This document shows, in pieces, positions 27,801 through 40,802 of a stretch of DNA of 64,000 nucleotides. Where the stretch lies: assembly GCA_964016885.1 (NCBI GenBank), contig OZ024742.1:135532001-135596000 (forward strand), written 5' to 3'. The notes beneath the pieces are model-generated. The model searched no databases. It was not told where the DNA came from and was given only the letters and a program-made list of their open reading frames with translations. The position numbers were made by a program, and so were the translations under genes. This DNA is from Eledone cirrhosa. Lineage: Eukaryota. Each line of letters begins with the position of its first letter. Positions within the stretch are counted from its first letter, which is position 1.

Positions 27801-28862
27801 CTTTCGGAAAGCTAGAAAGGCGACTCTGGGGTCGGCGAGCCATATGCAAGAATACAAAGGTAAAGGTGTACAAGGCATGTGTGCTCTCTTCTCTTCTTTA
27901 TGCCTGCGAGACCAGGGTCACATATCGACACCACTTTACGGATTTGGAGCGTTTCCATCAGATGTGTCTCAGACGGATCTATGGCGTTCACTGGAGGGAC
28001 CACATCAGTGATGTCGAGATTTTGGAAAGCTCTGTGTGACAGTATAGAAGCTCTTGTGCTTAAGCAACGACTCAGTTGGCGTGGTCACCTTGCCAGGATG
28101 AAGGATTCTAGAATACCAAAACAACTCTTTTATGTAGAGTTAGTTAAAGGAAAATGACCGCCACATAAACCAAAAAAGAGGTATAAGGATTCCTTGAAGG
28201 CCTCTTTGAAAGACGCTAACATCTCTCCTGATACATGGGAAAATATTGCTGCTGATCGTAATAAATGGAGAAAGACTGTATATGAGGGAAAAGTTGCCTT
28301 TGAGGCATCTCGAATCGCATACGAGAAAGTAAAGCGGGGTGTGAGGAAGGACATTGCTGTTGCACTTCCAGACGGCGAGGGTCATCCTATGGTGCTGACA
28401 TGCAGCGTCTGTGCGAGACTCTGCCTAAGCAAAGCTGAACTCGAAAGTCATCTTCGCAGTCATAAAGTAAGACCAGTGGTTGACTACCAGGCTGCTGTTG
28501 GAAGATGCTACTCATCCTGCTTGCCAAGCATGTGGTAGAGAATGTAAATCAGCAGGAGGGCTCAAACGACATGCAAAAGTACATGAACTCCAATCTCAGC
28601 CGGCTATTCCCAGTGAATGTTTTGGTTGCCGACTGTGCAAGACATTTAAGAACATTGGCTGGGCTAAAAAGCCACATTCGATCGCGGCGTAGTTAATTGC
28701 TATCGTGTGTGTATAGATATGTTTATGTGTGCGCGTGTGTGTGTATATATATGTATATTATTATTGTTGTTGTTGTCGTTATTAATATATATATATATTT
28801 TTTTTTTCTCTTGCAATGGCCATACTAGATAACGAGGAGGCAACCATCATGTATGTATGTAT
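24837..28862 (+). mobile_element. Near full-length RTE-clade LINE, frameshifted (APE endonuclease, RT, C2H2 zinc fingers), with (ATGT)n tail
   Basis: APE motifs: DIVALSETR, SVYAPT, LGDFNARVG, LDYVL, TDH. RT motifs: NYRGISL, QSGFR, FVDLTKAFDTV, QGDIPAPTLF, LYGDD, FVYLGS. Three CxxC..HxxxH-like fingers. Split across ORFs 25343-28696. The 5' boundary is inferred. Confidence 0.93.
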
Positions 28863-28864
28863 GC

Positions 28865-28899
<35 letters not shown>

Positions 28900-29007
28900 G
28901 GGGGGGGGGGGGTGTAGTAATAATAACAAATGTGATGACTAAAATCCGAGAAAGGCTCGATAAGGATAATATATATATGAAAATATTAACAAAAACCGTG
29001 GAGCAAA

Positions 29008-29105
29008 CATTTATTAAAACAACAGATTAAAGTTTAAGCAAAGAATCGCTGCTTTCAGCCTTAACGGGATTATTTGCTTCAACTTTAATCTGTTATTTTA
29101 ATAAA
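29008..29105 (-). mobile_element. Short fold-back copy of the 3' terminus of the PLE at 10677-12470
   Basis: Reverse complement of ATCCCGTTAAGG.TGAAAGCAGCGATTCTTTGCTTAAACTTTAATCTGTT.TTTTAATAAA (12410-12470), followed by an inverted copy of its tail. Confidence 0.8.
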
Positions 29106-29108
29106 TTA

Positions 29109-29161
<53 letters not shown>

Positions 29162-29169
29162 TTTAAATA

Positions 29170-29735
29170 GAGCTGTGACACACGAGTTGTGTATATTAGT
29201 AAAAAGGAAAAGAAAATGCTGACACATTTTTCCCAGTGAAAAATACTTTAATTAGGAATAACTATAAATTAATAATTGTTTCTACTTTTGGCACAAGGCC
29301 AGCAAATAACCAGTGTATTACTGGTACTTTATTTTATCGACCCCGTAAGGATGAAAGGCAAAGTTAACCTCGGCGGGATTTGAACTCAGAATGGCAAGGG
29401 CCGTAACTCTATGCGTCAAAGTATAAATTAAAGTATAAATTAATAATTGTTTCTAGTTTTGGCACAAGGCCAGCAATTACCCAGTGTATTACTGGTACTT
29501 TATTTTATCAACCCCATAAGGATGAAAGGCAAAGTTAACCTCGGCGGGATTTGAACTCAGAATGGCAAGGGCCGTAACTCTATACGTCAAAGCATGGTGT
29601 CCGACCCTCTACCGTTACTGCCAATCCACCGCCCTGGTAATAAGTATTGTTTAGTTTTAAGTTTTTCCGGTTGCGCATTTCTAATGCTCTTCAAAAACAA
29701 TTTTGAGATAGAGCGCTCGTGATATTTGCTCTAAA
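29170..29735. mobile_element. Second copy of the 3530-3750 element, interrupted by two tandem family-A SINEs (minus strand, about 29265-29421 and 29440-29636)
   Basis: The flanks align to 3530-3630 and 3637-3747. The SINE copies carry GGGATTTGAACTCAG (reverse B box). Confidence 0.85.
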
Positions 29736-29973
29736 AAAAAATATATATATATATAATATTTATTTGAATATGGCAAAGCCGGCCATTTATCGTTCATATA
29801 CAGGAGACTGACTAGCCTGTCACTGCCAATATGCAAATCTGGCTGATCATTGGATCTGCTAATACGCAGATCTGACTGAACCGCCCATCTGTTGAATCCC
29901 GTTGATCAGTCAATGTATATTTTGGAAAATATCATACATTTTCACTAGCTCTGATAGTTGGCAGGTGATCAGT

Positions 29974-30023
29974 GAACTGTACTGATGAAGGGTGATACCC
30001 AGAAACATTAGTGTCTGCAGTTC
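29974..30023 (+). ncRNA. Type-I hammerhead ribozyme
   Basis: GAACTGTA-CTGATGA-A-GGGT-GAT-ACCC-A-GAAA-CA-TTAG-TGTC-TGCAGTTC: 8-bp stem I, 4-bp stem II, 3-bp stem III, GUC site. Confidence 0.85.
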
Positions 30024-30528
30024 TGTTTACATGCCAACAAGAGCAAGAATGAGGGGCTCATTCTACTGATATGACTTTAAAAATGAAGGTTTTTTGTATA
30101 ATTGCAAACGAATCAAACATTATTAATAATATTCGAAAAACTCAGATGATATTTATTGTTTTCAGCCATGTAGAGCAATAACTTTTTTTTTTATATGTAT
30201 ATACAATTTTTTTTAAGTTAAGCTCTAGTAGGCATTTGGTAGAAAATAGTATTTTGCCCAATTTCATCACCTCCTAATTGTATATATATATATATATATA
30301 TATATGGAATATTTATATCATTTATATGTATTCTCCTTCTATGTAGAGAAAAAAATGTTGTATCGTGCTGCTATTTTTAGTAACATGAAATATCAACAAG
30401 TCTATAATTCCCGCTTTTTCTTACGGCCTATTTATGTGTGGGTCACTTTAATGGCCTGACCTCATGCATCGGGCAGAGAACGATATATTTACTAATTACG
30501 AGGCTTTATGCCCTGTGGTATGGAAATA

Positions 30529-30608
30529 GCTGTCTGAAGAGCTGATTTTTTCCACTGGAAATTCCCTGAATTTCCAATCTTTTGATAAGCGAAACCGTTG
30601 GTCACAGC
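30529..30608 (+). ncRNA. Type-I hammerhead ribozyme with enlarged stem II (truncated second copy at about 33098-33200)
   Basis: GCTGT-CTGAAGA-GCT..(44 nt)..AGC-GAAA-CC-GTT-GGTC-ACAGC: 5-bp stem I, GUC site. Confidence 0.8.
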
Positions 30609-30680
30609 ACTAGAACAGGAGAATATTTAAATCATATTTTAATTTATGTAAAAGATTGTTTAATTTTGCTTGTTCCGCTC

Positions 30681-31525
<845 letters not shown>

Positions 31526-31535
31526 TGTGTATGTA

Positions 31536-31662
31536 GTGCACAGTCTTTCCTCACTTTAAAAAATGTCTTCACGCACAGGCATTGCACGATACAATTAATT
31601 AATAATTATTAATAATGGTATATCGTGCAATGGCCATACTCGATAACGAGGGGGCAGCCATC

Positions 31663-31668
<6 letters not shown>
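31536..31668 (+). mobile_element. Bipartite non-autonomous RTE derivative (5' UTR piece fused to 3' tail)
   Basis: 31536-31615 matches 25039-25113, and 31620-31667 matches the LINE 3' end at 28700-28708 plus 28811-28852. Confidence 0.75.
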
Positions 31669-31698
<30 letters not shown>

Positions 31699-31884
31699 TC
31701 ATTCATTATGACTAAAGTCGTGAATTGTTACTCTAAAATTTCACCTGCGCCCTCACAGGAGCACCAGTCTTGTTTGATTCACCTGTGAGTACCCAGGTAA
31801 GGCTACAGAGTAACAAGGCTCGTCACCTAGCCATTTAAACTCTACTTCGGTATTAACTTTCGGGACCCGAGCGTACCACCAAAC

Positions 31885-32720
31885 TAAACTCCTCTCTTTG
31901 TTTATCGTTTATCACAAACATTTCTCTTTTAATCCCCCCTCTCTGTATCTACTAAAACAAAACTCTCCCCCTCTCTATATCTACCACGACACCGACTCTC
32001 TTATCCCTCTCTATATATCTAGCACTAATACACTCATCCTGCTTTATGAATATGTACACTTATATCTCCCAATCCCCTTCTCTATATCAATCACTTCTAA
32101 ACTCTCCCTTTCTCTATATCTACTACACGGCACTTTCCCATTATCCCTATCTCTCTCTCTCTATATATATAAAACCGCCCAACATACAAAATACTCTCCC
32201 AATCTCCCTCTTTATATCAATCATCACCAAAATCTCTCCATCGCCATCTCTATCACACTGTCGGAATCGTTCTCTCTGTATCCATCACAAACTACCCCTT
32301 CTATATCTTATACGGCAATGCCTCATCCAGTCCCCCTCTATATATTCAGCAATATTTATCTCTCCAAACCCCCTAATTATGTCTACAAGCATTGAAATCT
32401 ATCCTTCTATATCTATATCAACTACGCTACACTCTCCCAATCCACCTCTCTATATCAATTACAGCCAAATTATTCCCTCCTCTATATCTACCATACAACA
32501 CTCTCTCTTTCCCTTTCACTCTATCCATGATTTCCAACTTCCACCCCTCTCTATATCTACCTCACGGAATCCTCTTCCAGTCCACCTCTCTATATCAATT
32601 GGCACCAATCTCGCTCCCTCTCTATATCTACTACACGGAAACCTCTTCCAGTCCACCTCTCTATATCAATTAACACAAAACTCTCCCCTTCCCTATATCT
32701 ACTACACGGAACTATCTCCA
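31885..32720. repeat. Degenerate pyrimidine-rich minisatellite, period about 35/70 bp
   Basis: Alternating CTCTCTATATCTAC.ACACGG and CTCTCTATATCAAT units; 32548-32600 and 32618-32670 are near-identical. Confidence 0.75.
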
Positions 32721-32933
32721 GGAACCATATTAGAACTGTATTTTACTAATATAATGTCGTATTTTCAATGTTCTGCTTAGTTATATGTTATTCATTTGCA
32801 AGATATTGAAAATGTTGTATCCATAACATTATCTCTTAAAAATACATTCTGTTTTTGGTATTTTCGCGTAAAATGTTCATTTGGGCGGTTATGCAGTAGT
32901 GAGTCCATATTTGTGCATTGGTTTTAATTCCTT

Positions 32934-32982
<49 letters not shown>

Positions 32983-33388
32983 ACACAGGCACACACAAAC
33001 CTATATATATGAATATACATATATATATAATATATTTAAAAATTAGTGAGAAATATACATTACATCTCAATGATATCGCATTTTGTCCAGAGAGATGTAT
33101 TTACTAATTACGAGGCTTTATGCCCTGTGGTATGGAAATAGACGTCTGAAGAGCTGATTCTTTCCATTGGAAATTCTCTGAATTTCCAATATTTTGATAT
33201 CGCTTTAGATATAATTCAGAGAACCTTATAAAGAGAAATATTGAACTCAAATAAGACTCAGAACTAAATCGTTTTACAAGTATGTTTGCCTAGGGGGTGA
33301 TAGGCGTATAAGTTTCGTTTATTTTAAGATACTTTAATCTTCCCTTTAACTGATTCGAGCCTTATTTGTATTAACACACAAACACACA

Positions 33389-33480
<92 letters not shown>

Positions 33481-33481
<1 letters not shown>

Positions 33482-33575
33482 GGGGTAACAAATAATAGTT
33501 AAATGCAGTCCACCTAGGTAAAGTCCAGTTATGGTATTCCAGGTAGTGGATGATATTAACGTTTGGCTTAATTGC

Positions 33576-33578
<3 letters not shown>
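33481..33578 (-). mobile_element. 3'-terminal fragment of the element at 41357-41646
   Basis: Reverse complement of 41555-41646. Both copies end TTTGTTACCCCG directly at (TA)n. Confidence 0.8.
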
Positions 33579-33621
<43 letters not shown>

Positions 33622-33625
<4 letters not shown>

Positions 33626-33806
33626 CAAAGGAATTGTGGTAAGGGACCAGATGGACCATAACGCACCAGAGTACTCAATACGTAGGGTAGTAGAGTGAGA
33701 AATAGGAAAAAGTATGACCCCGACGGCAGAGCTCAAGCCGTTTCGATGGCTATTTCTGGACTCATAGTCCAGAAATAGCCGTTGAAACGGCTCGAGCTCT
33801 GCCGTT
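33622..33806 (-). mobile_element. Fold-back family B, copy 2
   Basis: Aligns to the reverse complement of 20600-20784. Palindrome at 33723-33805. Confidence 0.8.
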
Positions 33807-34861
33807 ATACATATATATATATATGTATGTGTGTGTGTGTGTGTGTGTATGTGTGTGTATATGTAAATAAATATATATGTGTGCGTGTGTGTGTGCATAC
33901 ACTATTGTAACTTGTCCTTCAGGCAGAGTAGTAAATATTACAGACACTAGCTTCATTTATCGGAATTAATTAACAGACAACCTGAATTTTTCTTTGGTAA
34001 TATTATGAAATAAAAAAATCTCGTAAGCATTTAGAAAAATCCAGGTCTTCTATATTTAACCGCAGCTCTATTGTGCTGCTTACTCAGTATATACAACCAA
34101 GAGCGCTTTCAAATCTATTAATATATTATGCTCAAGTATCATCGTGATATGCATTTCGACGCAGGGATCTACAAGAATTCAGATAAAATAACAATTAGAG
34201 CTTAAATTTATGTGGAAAAAAATATCAAAATGCATCAAAAATGCATACATCCGGTAAAACGAAAAGCAAGTGGGGTTACTTACATCTTTCATTTTATGTC
34301 AAATTGGCATAAATAGTCTTTAGAACGTTTGATTTTGTACCACAGGATTGTTTTCCTTTGCTCTCTGATATCAAATCTCGCTGTGATCAGCTTTGGTTTA
34401 ATAACTATCGCTGTCGATGAATTTCTGGAATTCATAAACAGTCAGCCCAGAAGATTTACGACATCTGTTGTGTTTCTACGTGATCTGAGTTTAAATCTCA
34501 TTTCATTTTACTGGCAATGTGGTGATGCTTTAAGCTGGAGGTTTGACTATTGGCTAGCTTCAGCAATGTAAAAAACCTTCACATTTTTTGGCATGATTGC
34601 TTTTACGTAGCTCAATAAATTCAAGGAAAGCTTTTAATAGATTACATATGTTAATATAAGAAAACCAAGATGAGATATTTGACAAAATGACCAAATCAAA
34701 AATACCGATCACTCTCTTTTCTTTAATCCCTTCCTTATATTCATCAACTTGTACAAAATTGTAGAAGAATTCTAAAACGTTTCTCAATGATAATAAGCAT
34801 TTACCCGTTTAAAATTGAAAGCCATTGACTACTCAACTGAATGCCTCTAGCTAGGTGACCA

Positions 34862-34993
<132 letters not shown>

Positions 34994-35077
34994 AAAGTTA
35001 TATTTAAATTGTTGTGTTACAACTAGTAAATATTTATAACTGATATAAAAGCACTCGACAAATATTTGGAGTATATT

Positions 35078-35377
35078 TACAATATTAAATAAATGGAAAC
35101 TATATTTATAAAACCATATTTATTTCATTATATATATTTCAGGGATAACATATTAACAATATGCTATGCCGTTTCGGACGATAGATAGATTTGGAATTGG
35201 AAAAAATGTCTTTAGATAAAAATAACAGATCCATTCATGTTGACTTATCTTGCAAAACTTCCAATTCCAAATCTATCTATCGTCCGAAACGGCATAGCAT
35301 ATTGTTAATATGTTATCCCTGAAATATATATAATGAAATAAATATGGTTTTATAAATATAGTTTCCATTTATTTAAT

Positions 35378-35383
<6 letters not shown>
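35078..35383. mobile_element. Fold-back mini-element with 125-bp arms
   Basis: 35078-35202 / 35259-35383 are apparently perfect inverted arms. A related single copy at 49532-49625 retains a CTGATGA...GAAA hammerhead-like core on the minus strand. Confidence 0.8.
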
Positions 35384-35412
<29 letters not shown>

Positions 35413-36024
35413 TTGTCCTGTTCGAGCATTCTTCCCCGGGAGATTGTCAAACCAAATGTTCAAAAAGGACTGTTTTACTATCTAACCTTACCAGACTGTA
35501 TTCTTCATTTGTGTTCACATAAGTAGAAGCTGCATTTTCAATATCAATCCAGCCTTCTTTTAGTTATTGCATAATAATTTCAGAAATTAGTTAAATTGAA
35601 CAGCATAATTGTGTTTATTCGTTTTACAAACAATATCATAGTACTTAATAGACACGCATTAGTGTTCCTTCATCGAATGTTTAAGGTTTTTCTACTTCCT
35701 CCTTCATGATGAGTAATGATTCGATAACCGACTATACAGACTTTACGTCAAAATAGAACTGCGCAAGTAAATTTCTTTTTTTAGGGGGAAGGGGTCGGGG
35801 AGGGGCTCTCAAGTTCCATGTGGGAAAAAAATGATGTTAGAAAAAATGATTGAAATAAGAAAGAATGAATGCTGCGTGTGTGTCAGCTTACATCTGTACA
35901 TTAAATTCTCCGTGTAAATAACTTTCTATTTTAATGTGTATGTTCCTATAAGGGGAAATTGTTTAATTCAATAAGATTGTGTGTCACGAATATATGTGCA
36001 CTTGAGTTAAAACCTCAAACGCTG

Positions 36025-36088
36025 GTGTGCTTACAATTGCATTTACAAATTGAAAGTCAACCGGATGTATGTATTTTATCGCAGACAA

Positions 36089-36135
<47 letters not shown>

Positions 36136-36257
36136 GGGGGGGGGGGGGGGTCAGTGTGTGTGTGTGTATATATATATATTTGTGTGTGTGTGTTTCTGCG
36201 ATAAAATACATACATCCGGTTGATTTTCAATTTGTAAATACAATTGTAAGCACACAC
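36025..36257. repeat. Inverted repeat with a microsatellite spacer
   Basis: 36025-36092 / 36188-36257. Confidence 0.8.
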
Positions 36258-36264
36258 ACACACA

Positions 36265-36317
<53 letters not shown>

Positions 36318-36399
36318 TAGGTGATTCAGTGAATTATTGGTGGCGGTACCAAAACAACCACTATGCACAGACAGAGTGCGTATGTTAATAAGAACGATG

Positions 36400-36690
36400 A
36401 AATTTCATTTTGCATGTATCTAGGTTTTTATTGTGTCGACCTTCTGCGTACGTTTCGTAAAGGATTGGCTCAGAGTCACCCATGGGATTAATGAACCCGA
36501 CTCCATTATCGATCGGCTCTTCAGACTGGCGAAGCAACAAAAACACTATAGTTGTTGTCGCTTCGCCTATCTGAAGAACAGATTGATAATGGAGTCAAGT
36601 CCATAATTTGTATGGGTGACCCTGAGCCAGTCTCTGCGAAATATGAGTAACAGATCGATACACAAATATCTAAATACATGTAAACGAAAT
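36400..36690. mobile_element. Diverged fold-back element with CTGAAGA...GAAA in both arms
   Basis: Arms at about 36400-36540 / 36551-36690; hammerhead-like but degenerate. Confidence 0.6.
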
Positions 36691-36734
36691 GTTAATGTTT
36701 AAGGAAGAGTGCTCTATGTATGCTACAGATCAAT

Positions 36735-36977
36735 TTAATTACATAATAAACAACACAATACAATTATTCCATTTACCAACGGTTTCACGAAGTCGAGCGA
36801 CCTCAACAGAGACATCTGAAATCCTTCATCAGAAAGGAAATTTCAATATAGATCCATATAAAATGTTCCTTTCTGATGAACGATTTCAGACGTCTCTGTT
36901 GATCTCGCTTGTCTTCCTTCGTGAAATCTTTGGTAAATGGAATAATTGTATTGTGCTGTTTATTACATAATTAAATT
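36735..36977. mobile_element. Fold-back element with a hammerhead in each arm (36767-36839 minus; 36866-36942 plus)
   Basis: TTCCTTT-CTGATGA-..-GAAA-CC-GTT-GGTA-AATGGAA. The tail GGTAAATGGAATAATTG is shared with the PLE ribozyme at 49336-49352. Confidence 0.8.
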
Positions 36978-37834
36978 TATATATATATATATACAAATAT
37001 ACATACCAATGGAACACTCCCATTATAACTTCCACCAAGTCTACACTTACCATATCTGATATAATTGTTTATAACATAAATGAAACATTTAGAGGTCAGC
37101 CGCACTGAAATAGTGCACAATCCTTTTAAAATGCGTGAGAAACTGAATATTTATGTACAACTACTTCGAAAATTACCGCTTCTTCGTCCAAAATATAAAT
37201 TTAAATTTGTTCTTATAATAACTGTCTGACTCCGAAATGTTAATATGTGTCTATGTGGTAATCACGGCAATATCGATAGAGTTTCAGCAAACAAAAATCC
37301 TCCTAATGCAAACTTTGCAGCCTGCTAGTATGCACTTTGTAAATTCAATGTTTATGCCCACAAACACTTAACACCTCTTGCTGCCATGAGGAAGTCTTTG
37401 GTAAATAATATTGGTTGCAGCTCATCCCTCTCCAGATTTGATCTTTAACGACTTCTTCCAGAGAAAAAAAGGTAAGGAAAAAAGCAAAATATATATACAG
37501 GAAGAATTGACCCTATTACTGAAGTGAGATTATTTTATCGACCTCGAAAGGATTAAAGTTAAAGGTGACCCCAGCAGGATTCAACTCAAAACGAATACCG
37601 CAAAGTATTATCTCCGACTTTCTAGCTACTTTGCCTATTCTATGCCTAAATACGAGTGAAAATAATGAAAGAGTTTTCTGAAGTTCAACAAATAATTCTT
37701 CACTGTAACTGTTATCTAAATTTTGTTGCTACAGCTCACACCTATGCAGGTTTAGCTGGCCTCCTCCAAGGTATAACTTGGTGGAGGCGTCCTGGGTGAT
37801 TTAATGATAGGCACCCCTGTCCTATCATCACATT

Positions 37835-37968
37835 TCTACAGCTGAGTAAACTTGAGCAACGTGAAATAAAGTGTCTTGCTCAAGGAAACAACACATCACC
37901 CGGTGCGAGAATTGAACCCACAACCTTTCGATTGCAAGCCCAATGCTCTCAACACTAAGCCATGCGCC
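37835..37968 (-). mobile_element. tRNA-derived SINE family C (degenerate copy at 59348-59460, plus strand)
   Basis: Minus strand: GGCGCATGGCTTAGTGTTGAGAGCATTGGGCTTGCAATCGAAAGGTTGTGGGTTCAATTCTC (A and B boxes), then CCTTGAGCAAGACACTTTATTTCAC. Confidence 0.8.
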
Positions 37969-38645
37969 TTCGTTGTTTTTTGTTGTTGTTTTTTGTATCT
38001 AAATTGCTGCGGAGGAATTTGTTTCTATGCAGGAACTAAGCAAGTATTTAAAGGTATACTAAGATAAATACACACACACACAAACACATACACACATACA
38101 TACACATATAAACACAATCACATACATAAAAAAGATAGAATACAGTGATTATTTCAACGAGTATTTGGCTTTTGTTTGTGTAGTTGTATATCTAATTTTG
38201 TGCTGTTCTAAATCTAATTTTTTTCAGTTAGTTTACATTTTATGTCAGAAACTACATACGTTCACATCGTTAATAATTGTTAAATGACGTAAAATGTTCA
38301 TAAAATGTTTAAAATATACTTTAAAATAGACAAATGTTTCAGTAAACATTAAACAGTGGGTCATGGTACTAATCTAAAAGATTTGAGCAGATGTAGCATT
38401 TCCATAAAATATAACCTGTATAGATATATCTGCGCGTTTCTGGACACGTAAATTTTTATCTCCACCGGTGTGTGTGTATAAAAAAGTAAGTTTATTTTAT
38501 ATACCCCACATTGGTAAAAATATAAGAAAAACAAGTCGGAAATGCAATTGGAATCTGTAAGAAGGTTTATTTAAAAAACATTCTAAAAGGATAATTTATT
38601 GTAAATAAACCTCTTTAAATACTCCAATTCCATTTTCATCTTATT

Positions 38646-38754
<109 letters not shown>

Positions 38755-38779
38755 ACTCACACACACACACACACACACA

Positions 38780-38818
<39 letters not shown>

Positions 38819-38869
38819 TTTTTTTTTTTTAGCCAACGGTTAAAAATACATATGTAAATATATATATAT

Positions 38870-39032
38870 AGTCTATCAAAGTTCTTTCGTTGCAACATCA
38901 TCAGTGGTACTATTATGTTTCCTCCTGTTGTAATAAAATAAAAATGGCGTAGACATACAATACAACAGGGGGAAACATAATAGTACCACTGATGATGTTG
39001 CAGATGTGCAACGAAAGAACTTTGATAGGCTC
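38870..39032. mobile_element. Fold-back element with a hammerhead motif in both arms (best copy 38984-39027, plus strand)
   Basis: TACCA-CTGATGA-T-GTTGCA-GATG-TGCAAC-GAAA-G-AA-CTT-TGATA. Arms at 38872-38930 / 38962-39030. Confidence 0.7.
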
Positions 39033-39257
39033 TCTCTATATATTTATATCTGTAATTTTAACCGTTGGTCAATCAATGATAAACATTGATTGCCAAATAA
39101 ATTAACTGTGGATATATAAAAGATACAGAAGCGAAAACCAGCCAAACAGTGAATGTGTTCTGATATTATTTCTGACCATATTATTACAAAAATATTACCC
39201 CCCCCCCCCCCCCCCAAGTATAACAATATATATATATATATATTATATATATATATA

Positions 39258-40064
39258 TAGAAGGATTTAAATGGATACAGTTTGGTTAAAAGGAATTTAT
39301 TGACACGTGTTTCAATAACAGTTACATAACCTGAAAACAGCTGCTATCTACAAAGTATTAGTTATGCAGACATTCAATATTTCAATGTTATTATCAACTG
39401 TCATTTCATCAGAATAATTTTACTGAGGACTTGTTTGGTTTTGCAGAGAATATTAGGAGGGGGGTGAAGTTGTTAGAAGAATAGTTGAGGGAGTGGTTTT
39501 TTGATAGCAGTGAGAATTTTTGGTGGCAGTGAGAAATTAATGTAACAACTTTAGCATAAAAAGCTTGGACGCTCAGGGATAGCGATCAAAAGTTTACCCT
39601 AAAATGGGAGAAATTAGCTAAAACCCAAAGCTTTTCCAGGAGCCAAAATTTCTGCAAATTGTGTAATCTTGAGATTTATTACATAATCACACACAAGAAG
39701 AAATTGCTTAATAACAGAATTGAACGAACATTATTCTGCCGTCACCGAACTAAAACCCTTTTTTTCCACTACAAGCTGAATATTACATAAAAGAGGGACA
39801 TCCCCCCCAACTATATAAACCTCAATCTAGTTAGAAAAATATAAAAACAATCTCTTCTCAACATATATATGTATATTAATAACCTTAAATTAACACACTA
39901 ATAATGGAAAGATATGCTGATGAGAATAAGTACGAATATGCTATAATGAATGTGTCTAAAAGCGACCATATGTATGTATATATATGTGAAAATGTATATA
40001 AATAAGTAAATATATATATATGTTTGATGTGTATAGTTAGATGTAAGTGTATTCATGTATTAAA

Positions 40065-40139
<75 letters not shown>

Positions 40140-40802
40140 GACTGGAGTATGTATGTATATATGTGTGTGTCTATACGTGTGTATATAAAGATAAGTTGAG
40201 TATGAAAATGTATACACAAGAATGCGTATGTATGTACATGTATATATGTATATATATGTATATATATATATATGTGCATGTTTATATGTATGTAAGTATG
40301 AGCATGTAAGTATGTGTATGTGAGTATATGTATTTTGTAGAGGTGTGCATATATGTTTGTGTGTGAATGCGTGGGCGAAAAGATACGTACACTTGAAAGA
40401 AAAATTTAAGTCTAAATGTTAATTAAGTGCAAACACAAAACCAACCATGCATATCTATACTATCTCTAATCCTTCTATAGATTTAGAAAAATAACCAATA
40501 ATATATTCTATAAAAATGTCAAAACAACAGATGGGAATCTAATTACTCACTGCCACCAAAAATTCTCACTGCTATCAAAAAACCACTCCTTCAACTATTC
40601 TTCTAACAACTTTACCCCTCCCTCCTAATATTCTCTATAAAAACCAAACAAGTCCTCAGTAAAATTATTCTGATGAAATGACAGTTGATAATAACATGAT
40701 AATACTTTGTAGATAGCAGCTGTTTTCAGGTTATCTAACTGTTATTGAAACACGTGTCAATAAATTCCTTTTAACCAAACTGTATCCATTTAAATCCTTC
40801 TA
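39258..40802 (+). mobile_element. Severely 5'-truncated PLE with inverted 5' pseudo-LTR
   Basis: Inverted arms at 39258-39533 / 40546-40802. About 39551-39770 translates LA*KAWTLRD..FTLKWEKLA..FCKLCNLEIYYII..LLNNRIE..FCRHR, homologous to the C-terminus of ORF 45716-47401. Confidence 0.85.
40665..40763 (+). ncRNA. Type-I hammerhead ribozyme with a 70-nt stem II
   Basis: TTATT-CTGATGA-AATGACAGTT...AACTGTTATT-GAAA-CACGTGTC-AATAA. Inverted copy at about 39298-39417. Confidence 0.8.

Noticed and set aside
34000-34800. Possible decayed transposase or exon (ORF 34560-34787)
   Set aside because: No recognisable motif, and many stops in the continuing frame.
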